NCBI GenBank assembly: GCA_964016885.1
Contig: OZ024741.1
Location: forward strand, 162,812,001-162,876,000
DNA from: Eledone cirrhosa
Taxonomy: Eukaryota
Reading direction: 5' to 3'
Length of the DNA: 64,000 bases
Part shown: piece by piece, positions 23,182 to 37,071 of the stretch
How positions within the stretch are numbered: the stretch's first letter is position 1
Layout of the letters: every line of letters begins with the position of its first letter
Made by a program: the position numbers and the translations under genes
The notes under the pieces: generated by a model
Databases searched by the model: none
Told to the model about the DNA's origin: nothing
The model's input: only the letters and a program-made list of their open reading frames with translations

Positions 23182-23538
23182 ATGTGTGTGTGTGTGTATA
23201 TATAGTAAAAAGAAGTTGAAACGCAACTGGAGTCTTTAAGAAAATTTACTAATGATAAGTTCGCATGTTTTACGTTTTAATGAAATAAACGTTAAAACAT
23301 AAGTTACATAATAATACTTATTGTACGTATTTCTGTGAAACAAGCATTGGGATGTTGTGCATCGTTACAAAAGCAACCTATCTGAATACTTCATAGGTGG
23401 TAATTCCGTTACGTTTGATCGCAACCTTTAAAGTGACGTGGAGTGCTCATCCTTGCTTACACCTGTTTATCAACGAGAAGTCATAACTCAACATTTACGG
23501 ATAAACAACCCAGCAACTAGCAATATATATATAATTAA

Positions 23539-23729
23539 TAATTGTTTCTACTTTTGGCACAAGGCCAGCAATTACCCAGTGCATTACTGGTACTTTATTT
23601 TATCGACCCCGTAAGGATGGAAGGCAGCAAAGTTAACCTCGGCGGGATTTGAACTCAGAAGGGCAAGGGGCGTAACTCCATGCATCAAAGCATGGCGTCC
23701 GACCCTCTACCAATACTGCCAATCCACCT
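23539..23729 (-). mobile_element. MetaSINE-like tRNA SINE
   Basis: tRNA head (tggcagtattggtag, gagttcaaatccc) plus Meta-like domain. Confidence 0.85.
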
Positions 23730-24344
23730 CTATATAATTAATAATGATTATTTAAAATAGACCGAAAGAGAAAGTCATGAGGTACGTCTGTTTCCATGTA
23801 CTTTCATTGGTTGTTTTTGTGTGTCCGTATTTATGTATATGTGTATCATTGTGTTTATGTCTGTGTGTATATATCATTTGTGTGTATATATGGGTTGTTA
23901 TGTATTTCTGTGTTTGTGTGTATGTATATGTCGTGTTGTTATACATTTATGTCGCTGGGAATTTGCGTGCAAAAATAACTCTGCAGCTCTTTGTAATATT
24001 GTAGCTGTAATAACATTTTTTAATTTGTTACAATGATTGAAATATTAAAAATTAATTGAAAATGAGTTTATGAAAAACTTCTGAATTTGTGTTTCATTGA
24101 CAGACTTTCTCATCATCACAGCTATTGAATGTTTATCAAGATGAATGAATATCCAAATGATTGATAATAATACTAATGCATCTTTTAACGCAGTGCTTCT
24201 CATACAGGATATACTTTGCTCTCAGGGAAAGAATTTTCGAAGTTAGTGCTATTTTACTCTTCAGAAAATATAATTTATATTGCACTTCCACGTGCTCATT
24301 CAATCAACTTTTGAATGTTATATATATATATATATATATATATA

Positions 24345-25122
24345 TAGATAGATAATTTAATATATCAACTAACATAGGCGCACAGATGCACGTCCATGCC
24401 AGCAAATACACAGGTTATGTCATAGTACCTAGGTGGTTCAATGCAGGAGGATGCAGAACAATAATATAAAAGACGTAAAATAAGAAAATATTTTTTAAAA
24501 GATTTAAAAAAAATTTTTTACTTACTTACTTAAATTTTCACTCCAACTAATTAGTTTCTGCAATGGGATAAAGACAGTTACGTAATCCAACTGTCGAGAA
24601 TTCATTGCGTCATCAGGGAGTCTATTCTCAGCTGAGTCTCCAGGCAATGCGCGGACACTGGCGGCTCATATAAAAATAATAATAATTCGGTAGAAAGAAC
24701 AGCTGGCGAGGACTGGATTCCATGTACTGAAATTCTCACTGCTTCTAGTCAAATGGCCGATTCTAAAGAATCAATCACGTGACACAGAGGCTAGTTAGAA
24801 GGAATGGGATGGTAAGATGACTGACGCCTACTAACACCCCAAAAAAATTTAGAAGTGGTTTTGGCAGGTTTGCTCGACAAATCAGTGATTTGGAGATAAA
24901 TATAGATAATTTAATATATCAACTAACATAGGCGCACAGATGCACGTCCATGCCAGCAAATAGACTGAGAATAGACTCCCTGATGACGCAATGAATTCTC
25001 GACAGTTGGATTACGTAACTGTCTTTATCCCATTGCAGAAACTAATTAGTTGGAGTGAAAATTTAAGTAAGTAAGTAAAAAAGTTTTTAAAAATTAAAAA
25101 AAAAATATTTTCTTATTTTACG

Positions 25123-25131
<9 letters not shown>
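24345..25131. mobile_element. PLE-type pseudo-LTR rearrangement with inverted arms and two hammerheads
   Basis: Inverted arms 24464-24632/24965-25131; direct repeat of ~60 bp at 24348-24407/24902-24962; (TA)n flanks. Confidence 0.7.
24975..25056 (+). ncRNA. Type I hammerhead motif (mirror copy at 24540-24621, minus strand)
   Basis: actcc-CTGATGA-c-gcaatg...cattgc-a-GAAA-ctaattag-TT-ggagt. Confidence 0.75.
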
Positions 25132-25205
<74 letters not shown>

Positions 25206-25442
25206 CCAGGTAAAGAAAATAATTGTTAAAGAATAGAAAAAAGAACTCAAACTTTCGTATAAACTTGGTTGGTATTTTATCTAATCACCTCGAAAAGTAT
25301 AAAAAAAAAACAATTATATAGTTAAGGTGATTGTACACACAATTATATAGTTAAGGTGATATTCGAACACACAATGCAAGGTATATTATTTTAATATCGT
25401 AAATCAGTTTCTTAACATTCAACGGATTCATGGCGAAGTTTA

Positions 25443-25637
25443 ATAATTGTTTCAACTTTTGGCACAAGGCCAGCAATTATCTCAGTGCATTACTGGTACT
25501 TTATTTTACCGCCCGCGTAAGGATGAAAGGCAAAGTTAACCTGGGCGGGATTTGAACTCAGACAGTAAAGGGCTGTAACTCTATGCTGCAAAGCATGGCG
25601 TCCGACCCTCTACCGATACTGCCAATCCACCGCCCTT
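25443..25637 (-). mobile_element. Full-length MetaSINE-like SINE
   Basis: tRNA head plus Meta-like domain; probable target-site duplication cgaagttt(a/c)ataat. Confidence 0.85.
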
Positions 25638-26037
25638 TGACGAAGTTTCATAATGATATCTAACACAGTCACGGGGTCCCATATTTTTATGAGGAGAGAA
25701 CAGTCGGCACTTTACTGGTATTTATTTTATCAATTTGGAAGCATGAGACGCAACGCCAATCGCTGACTGTAAAAGAACATAACCAAATACTGAGTTGTCA
25801 AGGAGTTTAAATTTTTATACCAGATTATCCATTTTCCTGGCTCATATAATAATTCACTAGAAATATATTACAAAATTATTATGTCCGTCGGGCGGCCTGT
25901 TCGCTGTGGCCGTGGGGTGGCCAGTGCGTGGGCCCCCGTTTGCTCATATTAGTGAGAGATGGGGAGAACAGGAGAGACAGAGGCAGTGAATGTGGGAGTT
26001 TGGTTCTTTTGTGTTCGGAGCTGGTGCATATATATAT

Positions 26038-26786
26038 GTTTACGGACATATCTTGAACAGTACTATATATAAAATGGTGTTTCACGGACATATCTTGAAC
26101 AGTACTATATATAAAATGGTGTTTCACGGACATATCTTGAACAGTACTATATATAAAATGGTGTATATGTTCACGGACATATCTTGAACAGTACTATATA
26201 TAAAATGGTGTATATGTTTACGAACATATCTTGAACAGTACTATATATAAAATGGTGTATATGTTTACGGACATATCTTGAACAGTACTATATATAAAAT
26301 GGTATTTCACGGACATATCTTGAAAAGTACTATATATAAAATGGTGTTTCACGGACATATCTTGAACAGTACTATATATAAAATGGTGTTTCACGGACAT
26401 ATCTTGAACAGTACTATATATAAAATGGTGTTTCACGGACACATCTTGAACAGTACTATATATAAAATGGTGTTTCACGGACATATCTTGAACAGTACTA
26501 TATATAAAATGGTGTTTCACGGACATATCTTGAACAGTACTATATATAAAATGGTGTATATGTTCACGGACATATCTTGAACAGTACTATATATAAAATG
26601 GTGTATATGTTCACGAACATATCTTGAACAGTACTATATATAAAATGGTGTATATGTTTACGGACATATCTTGAATAGTACTATATATAAAATGGTGTAT
26701 ATGTTCACGGACATATCTTGAACAATACTATATATAAAATGGTGTATATGTTTACGGACATATCTTGAACAGTACTATATATAAAA
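26038..26786. repeat. Minisatellite, ~17 copies of 42- and 47-bp units
   Basis: cacggacatatcttgaacagtactatatataaaatggtgttt, with or without an atatg insert. Confidence 0.97.
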
Positions 26787-29266
26787 ACTTGAAAATTATT
26801 TATGTTTCTTCTGTCTCCCACTGTTATCTTTCTTCACTAATCAGGTGAATCATGATTATATCTGAATTAAAAGAGTTGCTGAACCATCAGTTGCCGAAAG
26901 ATCGAAGTTATACCTGTGTCGTTTCTAAAATGCGCCTTAATACACTCGCTTTAATTATATATATTTTTTAATTTCATTAGATTGGATAAAAAGGCGAAAG
27001 ATTTAAAAAAACGAAGATTCTCCGGATTCTGGATTTCATATAATCATTATACATGCTTATACACATGCTTACATACAACGATAACAAAATTCATAACTAT
27101 CTGAAAGATTGGTGTTGAGAGAGATTTGTGATCAAGAAAATAACTTCACAATTAGACTTCATCAACGAAGATTAATAAAGCTTAGAAATAAAGGGAAACT
27201 CCGCATGGTTAATAGAAAGAAGCGGTGAAACAAGAATAAGCCTATTTTTAAGAAATAACAGTTTAGTAAACATTACCGAGAATGAACCTAGTTTAAAACA
27301 TAACAGAGCACATACCCCACTCCCACTTCACAGATTGCCGAAAAATGGCGCCATGCTTTATTCTATTGTCTTTTTGTCAACTGCAAATGCGTATGCGCAT
27401 ATGTAACTAAAGAGGGGATGCTTGTATGCTCATGGTCTGAGAACATGTGGAAGCTAGGCTATCTACACAGCAATCGTAGGCCACTTGATTTAGATAGGTT
27501 TCGCTTTGTATAAAGTATACGCCCTTTTCACTTGTCCCAGATCATGTAGGGCGGTTGTGTTGTTTGAAAAGGCTTACTTTCTGGTGCTAGTACAGCATTT
27601 GGTTGGAGGAGAGTAATTTGTATTAAGTGTATACAAATAAGGTATCGCAGTGTGAATATACTGAGTGGAAACAAAATCAATAAATTTCAAGACCGAATCT
27701 CTTTTTAGGAGTATTTAGATAATGGGAGCAAACAGACTGCGAAACTATTTGAGAAACACACTTCATGCAGATTGCTACCCTCAGGCATCTTTGCCTCTAT
27801 CCTTTGTTGACACAATTAATAAGCGTATGAGTTATCTATTTAACAGTTCAAATCCGACCAATGCACTGAATAAATACGCTTCATTGCAAAAATTCTAATA
27901 CGGTCCAAACAAATTGGATTATAGACAAGGCCCAGTTCTACTGCATTGTCTTCAATTGTTCTAGAAAAATTGGAGCAGCTCAGGTTATACAAGTTCTCTC
28001 CCTTCCTTGCTTCTCATTTAAGAATTTTCAATTTCAACTGGAACTACAAAAAATAAAATAATAGAACATGAACCTCACAACTATGAAAGCCTTGTTCAGC
28101 CAATTCTTTTCTGTGAATGTAGGCTCTAATATGATCAGGAATAACACAAACCAACAGAGTATTTAGGTTAGCTATGTTTTATTAGCAGTAAGAGAAGCGA
28201 AGAATAAGAAACTACTTAAAATATATTCTTTTGTATTTCTTTAGGTGGTATAAATTAATAGCCATGGTTTCTATTTACTCTAAAGTTAACCGGATAAAAG
28301 ATCTGACCACATATAAAGGCTTAGTGATATTTAATTTACTGCAAATGTAATCTATAAGAGGGACCAGAGTAATTTTCTGGCTGAAAATTTTACAATAAGT
28401 ACATCTGCTTTACATGAGGTGTAATTAAATTCTAAGTGACCATATTGATAGTGTAAGGCATGAAACCCGATCTTATGATCTGTGTCAATTGAAGTCAGAT
28501 GAAATAATACTACCTATAGCGAATGGAAGAATGTATAGCGGCAGAATCAGAGGACCAACATTACTTGGGTTGTCTGTACCAACTGTAAAATGAATTAGAA
28601 AATAAACTGCTTTTTTTCAACCTTGGAGAGTGCTTATCGTATGGTTTTGATTAAAGGTTAAAAAATGCAGAGAAAGATTAGCTTTTGTTCAGAAAAGGTC
28701 AATATTATAGAAAAGAGGATAAATATCAATAATCTTTAACTATATTCACAACCCCTCCCCATTATAAGTAAATTTTAGACAGTAATAATGAATGCAATGG
28801 AAGTTAATTAACTTTAAAACTTCGAATTTTATCTCAAGCTGAAAGTGGATAAAATGGTTTAAAATGATTTTAAAAAATGCAAAATTATTTTAAAATGTTT
28901 AAGTAAAAAGAAAACGGAGAAAGAGAAAAAACTTCAATCAAATTGAAAATTGATCAAAACTATTTGCATGCTTTGATTTATTTCTAATGAAATATAAAAT
29001 AATTCTTTATTTTGCCACGAGTGCAAAAAAGTAAAAGCAAAAATACATATCCTTTCAAAAGAGACAAAGAACGAGGTGTGACATGAAATTACAGCCCGTA
29101 TGTATGCCCGCACTAACTGACACACACAGGTATACAAGAAATAAAGAGAAAGAGAGAGAGAGAGAGAGAGGGAGGAGAAAATAGAGAGTGGAGAAAGAGA
29201 GAAAGATGTAGAGAGAGTGTGAGAGAGAAAGAGAGAGAGAGTGAGTGAGTGAGAGGGAGAGAGTGA

Positions 29267-29357
<91 letters not shown>

Positions 29358-29490
29358 TCATTAACCTGGAAGGGGAAAGAGGAAATCTGTTCGAACTAAA
29401 ATAAATTACATCGTAAGAAATACTTTTATAGAAATAAATCAAAAGTACCAGAATAAATTATGTTTTTTCTCATGTAAGATTGTTGAAAAT

Positions 29491-29637
29491 ATAATTGTTT
29501 CTACTTTTGGCACAAGGCCAGCAATAACCCAGTGCATTACTGGTACTTTATTTTATCGACCCCGTAAGGATGAAAGGCAAAGTTAACCTCGGCGGGATTT
29601 GAACTCAGAATAGCAAGGGCCGTAACTCTATGCGCCA
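29491..29637 (-). mobile_element. MetaSINE-like SINE, 5'-truncated
   Basis: Same family as 32163-32352. Confidence 0.85.
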
Positions 29638-31205
29638 AATATAATACTCATTAGATAGTAACTTAGAACTTAATTGCGCCTCAGTGATTACGTCTTCTCT
29701 CACCCAAAACAGATTTACTAATTGTGAATTTTTCAGCCAGAAAATTACTCTGGTCCCTATTATTGATGTCATTTACAGTAAATAAAAAAAAAAACATAAA
29801 AAAACAAACATCAGTTACTTAGACTGTTAGGTGAAATTGGCAAGAAAGGGTTCAAGTTGATATCGATATACCTTCAGGGCACTAGCGGAGAACCTACCAT
29901 AGCTTACTGATACGTGTACTTAAATATTTATTGCTGCTATGATACCGGAGGCGCCAAACCTTGCAGATGTGTTTGAGGTTAACATCAATGATATTGTCCT
30001 GGTCAACCATATCAGGATTGCAGAAAAACAGAGTAGTATTGTTTCTGCAGTATCTCGGCCATGGATTTATAATAATCGTAAACACTTACTTGCATCAGCT
30101 GAAGGACCAGCAGCCTTGTATTTTTGTCAAATGAAGAGAATACAAATATGTATAGGTATTGTATGTATGTATCTGTATAATTGTGTATATGTATATATAT
30201 GTTTATATATATATATGTATATATAATAGGTTTTCCTGCTAGTACCGGTTGCATCTCAACGTACTCAATAGGTAAGGTTATGTAAAAATCCCAGAGTAGA
30301 CACAAAGTTATTTGCTTCAATACAACACATGTAAATAGGTACCATAAACCTATACCCGTACTAGAGTTTCGGCCACTCTTAATGCAGCAAGAAAGCGCAC
30401 AGCATCTACAGTCTGTATTCATTATGCAACAATGCACAATCGGCGCATGTGGCTTCATCAGCGGGTCTCGCCTAATCAATAACCAATCGATCGAAAGAAT
30501 TCTATTCCAGTCCGTGTCGCCTATGGCAGTGAATGCAAGAGGCGACACAAAAGTACATTAGTAACTGAAATCCCTACGCGTTATCAAAATGCTACGAACC
30601 GATTGGCTACTGGTTCAGAAATTTACGAGATGGTCGGAGTCGAAATTCTGTTCTTTCGGCCCTTCCATAAGGACTCACCAACATATCTCAAGTCAAAAAC
30701 AAATTAACAAGTGAGTGAAAAATCAGTTATTAGAGAAAATCAGTCTCCAATCTCTGTACAATAGAATGGTAGCATACGGCTCTAGTCTCCAAGTACCATG
30801 GCGAAAACCATGCGACAATAACAATGGTAGTGCCTAAAGCCTTTCCGGACATATATTGTTATACTTTTCGAGGGTCATGGTGCGAATAAAACCACATGAA
30901 CATGTTGGTTTTTACTTCAATTCATTTTAAACTTCCAGTTGGTTAGTTTAATAACCGGATGGTTGTTTATTGTTAAAGCTATTTCGTTACAGATTTTATG
31001 ATCTCAGTGGGTAATGTGTTATTTTGCATCTCTCTTTTGTTCTGTCCTACACCATCTAGTTTTTGTGAACTGACATGAAATTAAAGTGATAACTAACAGA
31101 TACGTATGTTTTTATTGGCAGCATGACCCCCCCACCCCACACCAAGTATAACAATGTTTCAACACACATTTTTAGATTAGAAACCTTGCTAAAAAATAAA
31201 AAACG

Positions 31206-31333
<128 letters not shown>

Positions 31334-31357
31334 CATATATATATACATATATACCGA

Positions 31358-31728
<371 letters not shown>

Positions 31729-31944
31729 CAACAGCAATGGACCTGTTATTTTCATCTAAAGATATTTTTTCCAATTCCAACGCGCCCGTCCCCTCAATCT
31801 ATCTTATTTTTCATTCTTTCTTATGATGAAGGACTAGCGTTAAGATCCTCTTCCTGTTATTTGAAGCCTTAACCTAATATATTCCTTTCATATACTGTAC
31901 CGATTGTGTTGTTATTTCAGTTTACCTTTTACATAAATATATAT

Positions 31945-32537
31945 ATATAAAATCCAAAGAGGGCTCTAAGGATGAATATATATCAAATATATAAGAACCC
32001 TAGAGCAAATATTTATTGAAATAACAGATTAAATTTTAAGCAAAGAATTTTTCTTAATCGAATATTAGTCTTATGACTCCATTTATACCATTAGCGTGGT
32101 TTTGTCTTTGTGTGTAATTGTTCTCCCGCTCCACATAACGACGTATTATTTTTCCGTTCATTGGCGGTGGATTGTCAGTATCGGTAGAGGGTCGGACGCC
32201 ATGCTTTCCAGCATAGTTACGTCCCTTTACGATCTGAGTTCAAATCCCGCCGAGGTTGACTTTGCCTTTCATCCTTACGGGGTCGATAAAATAAAGTACC
32301 AGTAATGCACTGGGTAATTGCTGGCCTTGTGCCTAAAGTAGAAACAATTATTTTTCCGTTCATTGCCAGGGAACGTCTTCACGAACCAAAGTATCGTCTT
32401 CTTGTTTTCCTTCGTTTGCAACGCTTTTCGAAATATTTACTTCTGCGTTCACAGATTGAATTTTTTTAGTTTCAGAAGATCTCGTTAAGGGTGAAAGCAG
32501 CGATTATTTGCTTAAAATTTAATCTGTCATTTTAATA
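31945..32537 (+). mobile_element. Pseudo-LTR-like repeat with CAGAAGA hammerhead (32468-32518), interrupted by a SINE
   Basis: Homology to 19709-19910 and 52255-52515. Confidence 0.65.
32163..32352 (+). mobile_element. Full-length MetaSINE-like SINE with target-site duplication
   Basis: ttatttttccgttcattg on both sides; A and B boxes; gcctttcatccttacggggtcgataaa. Confidence 0.9.
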
Positions 32538-32564
32538 TATATGATGATGATGATGATATATATA

Positions 32565-33308
32565 TATAATTTTTATTCCTGTTTGTTTGTTTGTTTGTTT
32601 GTTTGTTCACGAACTACTCCTATGGTTTTGGAGATAGACCCCCATAACCATCTATATTCTGAAACTACATTGTCCAAGGTACTTGGATAAGCATCATAAA
32701 CGTGGTTTTATGGATTAGGACAATGGGATTGATGAGTTAATATCTGTATACAACAACTACAACGGTACGCGATGGGGCCCACCCACAGTCCCGGCGGACA
32801 GAATGGAGAAAGTGTTTCCCCGGATGACGGCAAGGGAGACGCGCTGGAAAAGCCACTCCAACACGCGGGGCTCACACCTGCGGCTGGCAAGCTCAGCGCC
32901 TATGGTGGTGAGTAAAGAGTTAGCCCTGAGATAAGTATATTTCATTTTAATCATAGGGTTCACCGGGGGCACAAGCCCCCGCTGAAAATCCCCGCTGAAA
33001 CGTTTTTCCCTTCGATTTATATGAAGTTTAAACCATAGGTAAATGACAAGATATGATGCCTATTCACAAAAGTTTTGAATTGATATTTTGAAAAAAAATT
33101 ATTAACAAGAAACAAAATAAAAATAAGATTTAATAATGTAATTTTGATTTGATATATTACAAAAACTATTGTGTTCCAATTTTTCATGCATTATATTTTA
33201 CATTGAGTAATGCAGGAAACTATATCACTGATTTAAAATTAATCATCATTTTCTTACAAAAAAAAAAAAAAGGTGTGAAACGCAGCAAGGCGCGGATAAT
33301 TCGGCTAG
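32565..33308 (+). mobile_element. Non-autonomous Helitron-like element
   Basis: 5' (GTTT)n tract; 3' cgcagcaaggcgcgg hairpin-like sequence then CTAG|T. Confidence 0.55.
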
Positions 33309-33454
33309 TATCTATATATATGTATATGAAGGCGATCATCCAGACTGGCAACTGCTGGCTCTGGCCGTCTTCAGGCCTTAAACATTTCTCTTTACTTTTC
33401 AGGTCCATGGATTGTGTCTACCATTATTATATTCCTTTATTAGATAAATTTCGC

Positions 33455-33499
33455 AACGCCTAATGATGTCACCCGGTCATTGAAATGTGCATAGTGTTT
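33455..33499 (+). ncRNA. Degenerate hammerhead-like motif
   Basis: aacgc-CTAATGA...GAAA-tgtgca-TA-gtgtt. Confidence 0.35.
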
Positions 33500-33554
33500 T
33501 TAATAAATCTTTAAGGAATTTCACCAGTCCAGCCTCCTGTTATTTTACTCCATA

Positions 33555-33632
<78 letters not shown>

Positions 33633-34119
33633 GGAAATCAGTAAAATCGAATCTCTGGCGGTTTGCAAGTAAATTCTTCCTACTTATGATGAGTTAGCAA
33701 ATCACTCGATAAGATAGGACCTTAGAGTAATAACATACGTTTAAATAGCTTGACAAATCGAACATTGTGGTAGGCGAAACTAACACACAATATATACCAA
33801 AGTAACGATAGAACTAATCAGGTTGATAAAAGTACACCTGGACAAATCAAACGAACAATCGTTTAAAGTGTTTCTTTGAATCCGAAATCAAATATCAGAC
33901 TTACGTGAATGGCAAGCTCATGGTATTGGTGATCGAAGCGAGGATTCAGTTTATCAACAGGTATTTCGTTCTGCCTAGGACCGGAGTGATAAATTATATG
34001 TTGCTCCTCCATGCGGCTAATCGTATCTATAGCTATCACGTGTTAATTCCGGCAAGGGTCATTCAAAATGCTAGCGAAAGAAAATATTATAATTTCCGCT
34101 ATTCATCATGTTAAGCTCT

Positions 34120-34180
<61 letters not shown>

Positions 34181-34183
<3 letters not shown>

Positions 34184-34721
34184 CGTTTCTGAATTTGTTT
34201 AGCAAGATTCTTTATCTGAAAACGTGTGTTGAAACCGATATTGTTATGCTTTGGGAGGGTCATGTTGCCAATAAGAAACACACGCACCAGTTGCTTTCAC
34301 TTCAATTTATTGTAAATTAAATTTATAAATTTAGGAATTTATAAATTTCCGGTTGGTTGGTTCCACAACCAGACGATTGTTCATATATTGTCAAAGTTCT
34401 TTCGTCACACATTCTGTGACCTCTTCAGTGACTGGGGATTCTTTTCTTTGTTTTTGTGCCTATCTTGTTTTTGATGGCGTAGGACAGAACAAAGGAGAGA
34501 CACAAAAACAGAGAAAAGAATCCCCAGTCACTGAAGAGGTCACAGAATGTGTGACGAAAGAACTTTGACACTATATGAACAATCATCTGGTTGTGGAACC
34601 AACCAACCGGAAATTTATAAATTCCTAAATTTATAAATTTAATTTACAATAAATTGAACTGAAATCAACTGGTGCGTGTGTTTCTTATTGGCAACATGAC
34701 CCTCCCAAAGCATAACAATAT
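34181..34721. mobile_element. Fold-back PLE-type pseudo-LTR with ~220-bp arms and two hammerhead motifs (34390-34432 minus, 34527-34569 plus)
   Basis: Arms 34238-34459/34500-34721; same family as 1017-1345; (TA)n flanks. Confidence 0.75.
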
Positions 34722-34731
34722 ATATAAATAA

Positions 34732-34765
<34 letters not shown>

Positions 34766-35198
34766 TTATACTTCGTTTTTGTATTTGAATATATATATAT
34801 TAGATAGATTGACATGTTCATGATGAATCGTTATTGATAAATCAATTAATTGGTTAATTAATTAATTAGTTGAAATTCAAATACAAGAAATATGTGTTTT
34901 TTTGTTTACAATATCAATATCTATTTGAACACCCGCTCTCACCTCAACACATTAAAAATGATAGAAATGAAAAAGTAAAATAAATGAAATTCAGTGCTTA
35001 ATTAATCCATTGTTTTAGAATAGTGTCAAAGGGTGAAATAAAACTTGATAATATCGATATATTGACTAATCGATAGCAGTTATGTAACTCCGTAGTATTA
35101 GCTTCGACAAAATGTGTCCATCTCAACGTTTAATATATCATGAATAAAATAGAGAGTTTAAAATTTCCTCTTCACATTGTAATGGTGTTATTATTTAA

Positions 35199-35382
35199 GT
35201 GGATTGGCAGTATCGGTAGAGGGTCGGACGCCATGCTTTGAAGCATAGTTACGTCCCTTTAAGATCTGAATTCAAATCCCGCCGAGGTTGACTTTGCCTT
35301 TCATCCTTACGGGGTCGATAAAATAAAGTAGCAGTAATGCACTGGGTAATTGCTGGCCTTGTTCCTAAAGTAGAAACAATTA
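35199..35382 (+). mobile_element. MetaSINE-like SINE
   Basis: Same family as 32163-32352. Confidence 0.88.
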
Positions 35383-35435
35383 TTTAAGTATTTAAATAAC
35401 AACAATACACCGCAATATACCGAATGTATGAAACA

Positions 35436-35481
<46 letters not shown>

Positions 35482-35603
35482 AGAGAGAGAGAGAGTGAGA
35501 AAGAAAGAGATGTCAACATGAATGAACCTGTTATTTTTATCTAAAGACATTTTTTCCAATTCAACCCTACTCATCCCTTCAATCTATCTTATTTCTAATT
35601 CGT

Positions 35604-35639
35604 TCTTCTGATGAAGGACTAGCGTCCGCAACGTCAAGA
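35604..35639 (+). ncRNA. Minimal hammerhead motif with one core mismatch (GCAA)
   Basis: tctt-CTGATGA-a-ggac tagc gtcc-GCAA-cg-TC-aaga; lies in a repeat also present at 31730-31930. Confidence 0.55.
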
Positions 35640-35769
35640 CCCTCTTCTTGCTATTTCAAGCGTTTACCTAATATATTTTTTCCATATACTGTACCGATTG
35701 TTTTGTTATTTCTGTTTACCTGTTACACACACACACACACACGCACACACACACGCACACACGCACACG

Positions 35770-35907
<138 letters not shown>

Positions 35908-36655
35908 ATTTTTCTTATTATTCTGTTTTAGTTCAGGGTCAGTCTTTATTGAGCTCAGCTATGATTCAATCAAAGGTATTCCAACTATGATGAATCCATC
36001 CTTTTATATTTGTTAAAAAAAACAGAAAATCTATTTGAAACACATTATTCAATGTGATTTATTCTTAACCTGATAGCACGGATTTTGAGGAGGATGTTGC
36101 TGACATTTTATCAGTTCGAGCGACTCTGTGCAGGTTTTCTGGTTTGCCTGTTTTTTTTATACTTTAATATTATTTTTGATGTTCATCAACTCAAAAATAC
36201 ATGAGCATTGGAAAACATATTGATAATATAATTTATATGATAGTGTCGCATTTTCATTGAGGAAAAAGAAAATTCGACCAACTGAGTTTATCCAAACAAT
36301 TAGTATTCAAAAACTATCTCTAGGATATTTTTAATTAAAAAAAACACAAAACATTAAGGTAAGTCTGAAGCAGATTATAGTTTTAAAACATCAGATTCAC
36401 TCCAGATCGCATTACAAGATAATATGGCAACACACAGTATTGTCAGATGTGAAAGGATATTGAAAAAAAAAATTTGTATTCGCTCTTAACGTGTAGCAGA
36501 ACGAGTAGAATGCTCAATCTTGACAAGGAACAAGACACTTCGAAACAATTGTCAATTGTCGATTGTTTTCTCTCAGCTACCGCAGGAACAAAAGGACGAC
36601 GTTGTCATCTACCACGTGGTAATTTTTGAGGCTATTTACTTGTAAACAAACCGAG

Positions 36656-36823
36656 CGTCAGACACCATGCTTTGCAGCATTAAATTATGGCCCTTTACTT
36701 TCTGAGTTCAAATACCACTGAGGTTAACTTTGCCTTTCATCCTTACGGGATCGATAAAATAAAGTACCAGTAATGTACTGATATAATTGCTGGCCTTGTG
36801 CCAAAAGAAGAAACAATTATTAT
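36656..36823 (+). mobile_element. MetaSINE-like SINE
   Basis: gagttcaaatacc, gcctttcatccttacgggatcgataaa. Confidence 0.85.
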
Positions 36824-36920
36824 AATATTGTTATTATTCACTCACGAATACAATGAATATTGAGTTGATCACAAAACTAACAGTATGTATTCCACAGCAA
36901 ATAGAAATAAACAAATAGAA

Positions 36921-37071
36921 ATAGTTGTTTCTACATTTGGCACAAGGCCAGCAATTATCTCAGTGCATTACTGGTACTTTATTTTATCGGTCCCGTAAGG
37001 ATGAAAGGCAAAGTTAACCTAGGCGGGATTTGAACTCAGATCGTAAAGGGCCGTAGTAACTCTATGCTGCA
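36921..37071 (-). mobile_element. MetaSINE-like SINE, tail-to-tail with the previous copy
   Basis: Reverse-complement family match; flanking aacaaatagaaata duplicated. Confidence 0.85.

Noticed and set aside
26038-26786. CRISPR array or repeat protein
   Set aside because: No unique spacers; eukaryotic context; the ORFs arise from a 42-bp unit divisible by three
29850-30130. Degraded PLE RT (YQ*AMVGSPL on the minus strand)
   Set aside because: Single weak motif with many stops
33329-33379. Hammerhead on the minus strand (aaggc-CTGAAGA...TC-gcctt)
   Set aside because: GAAA box missing
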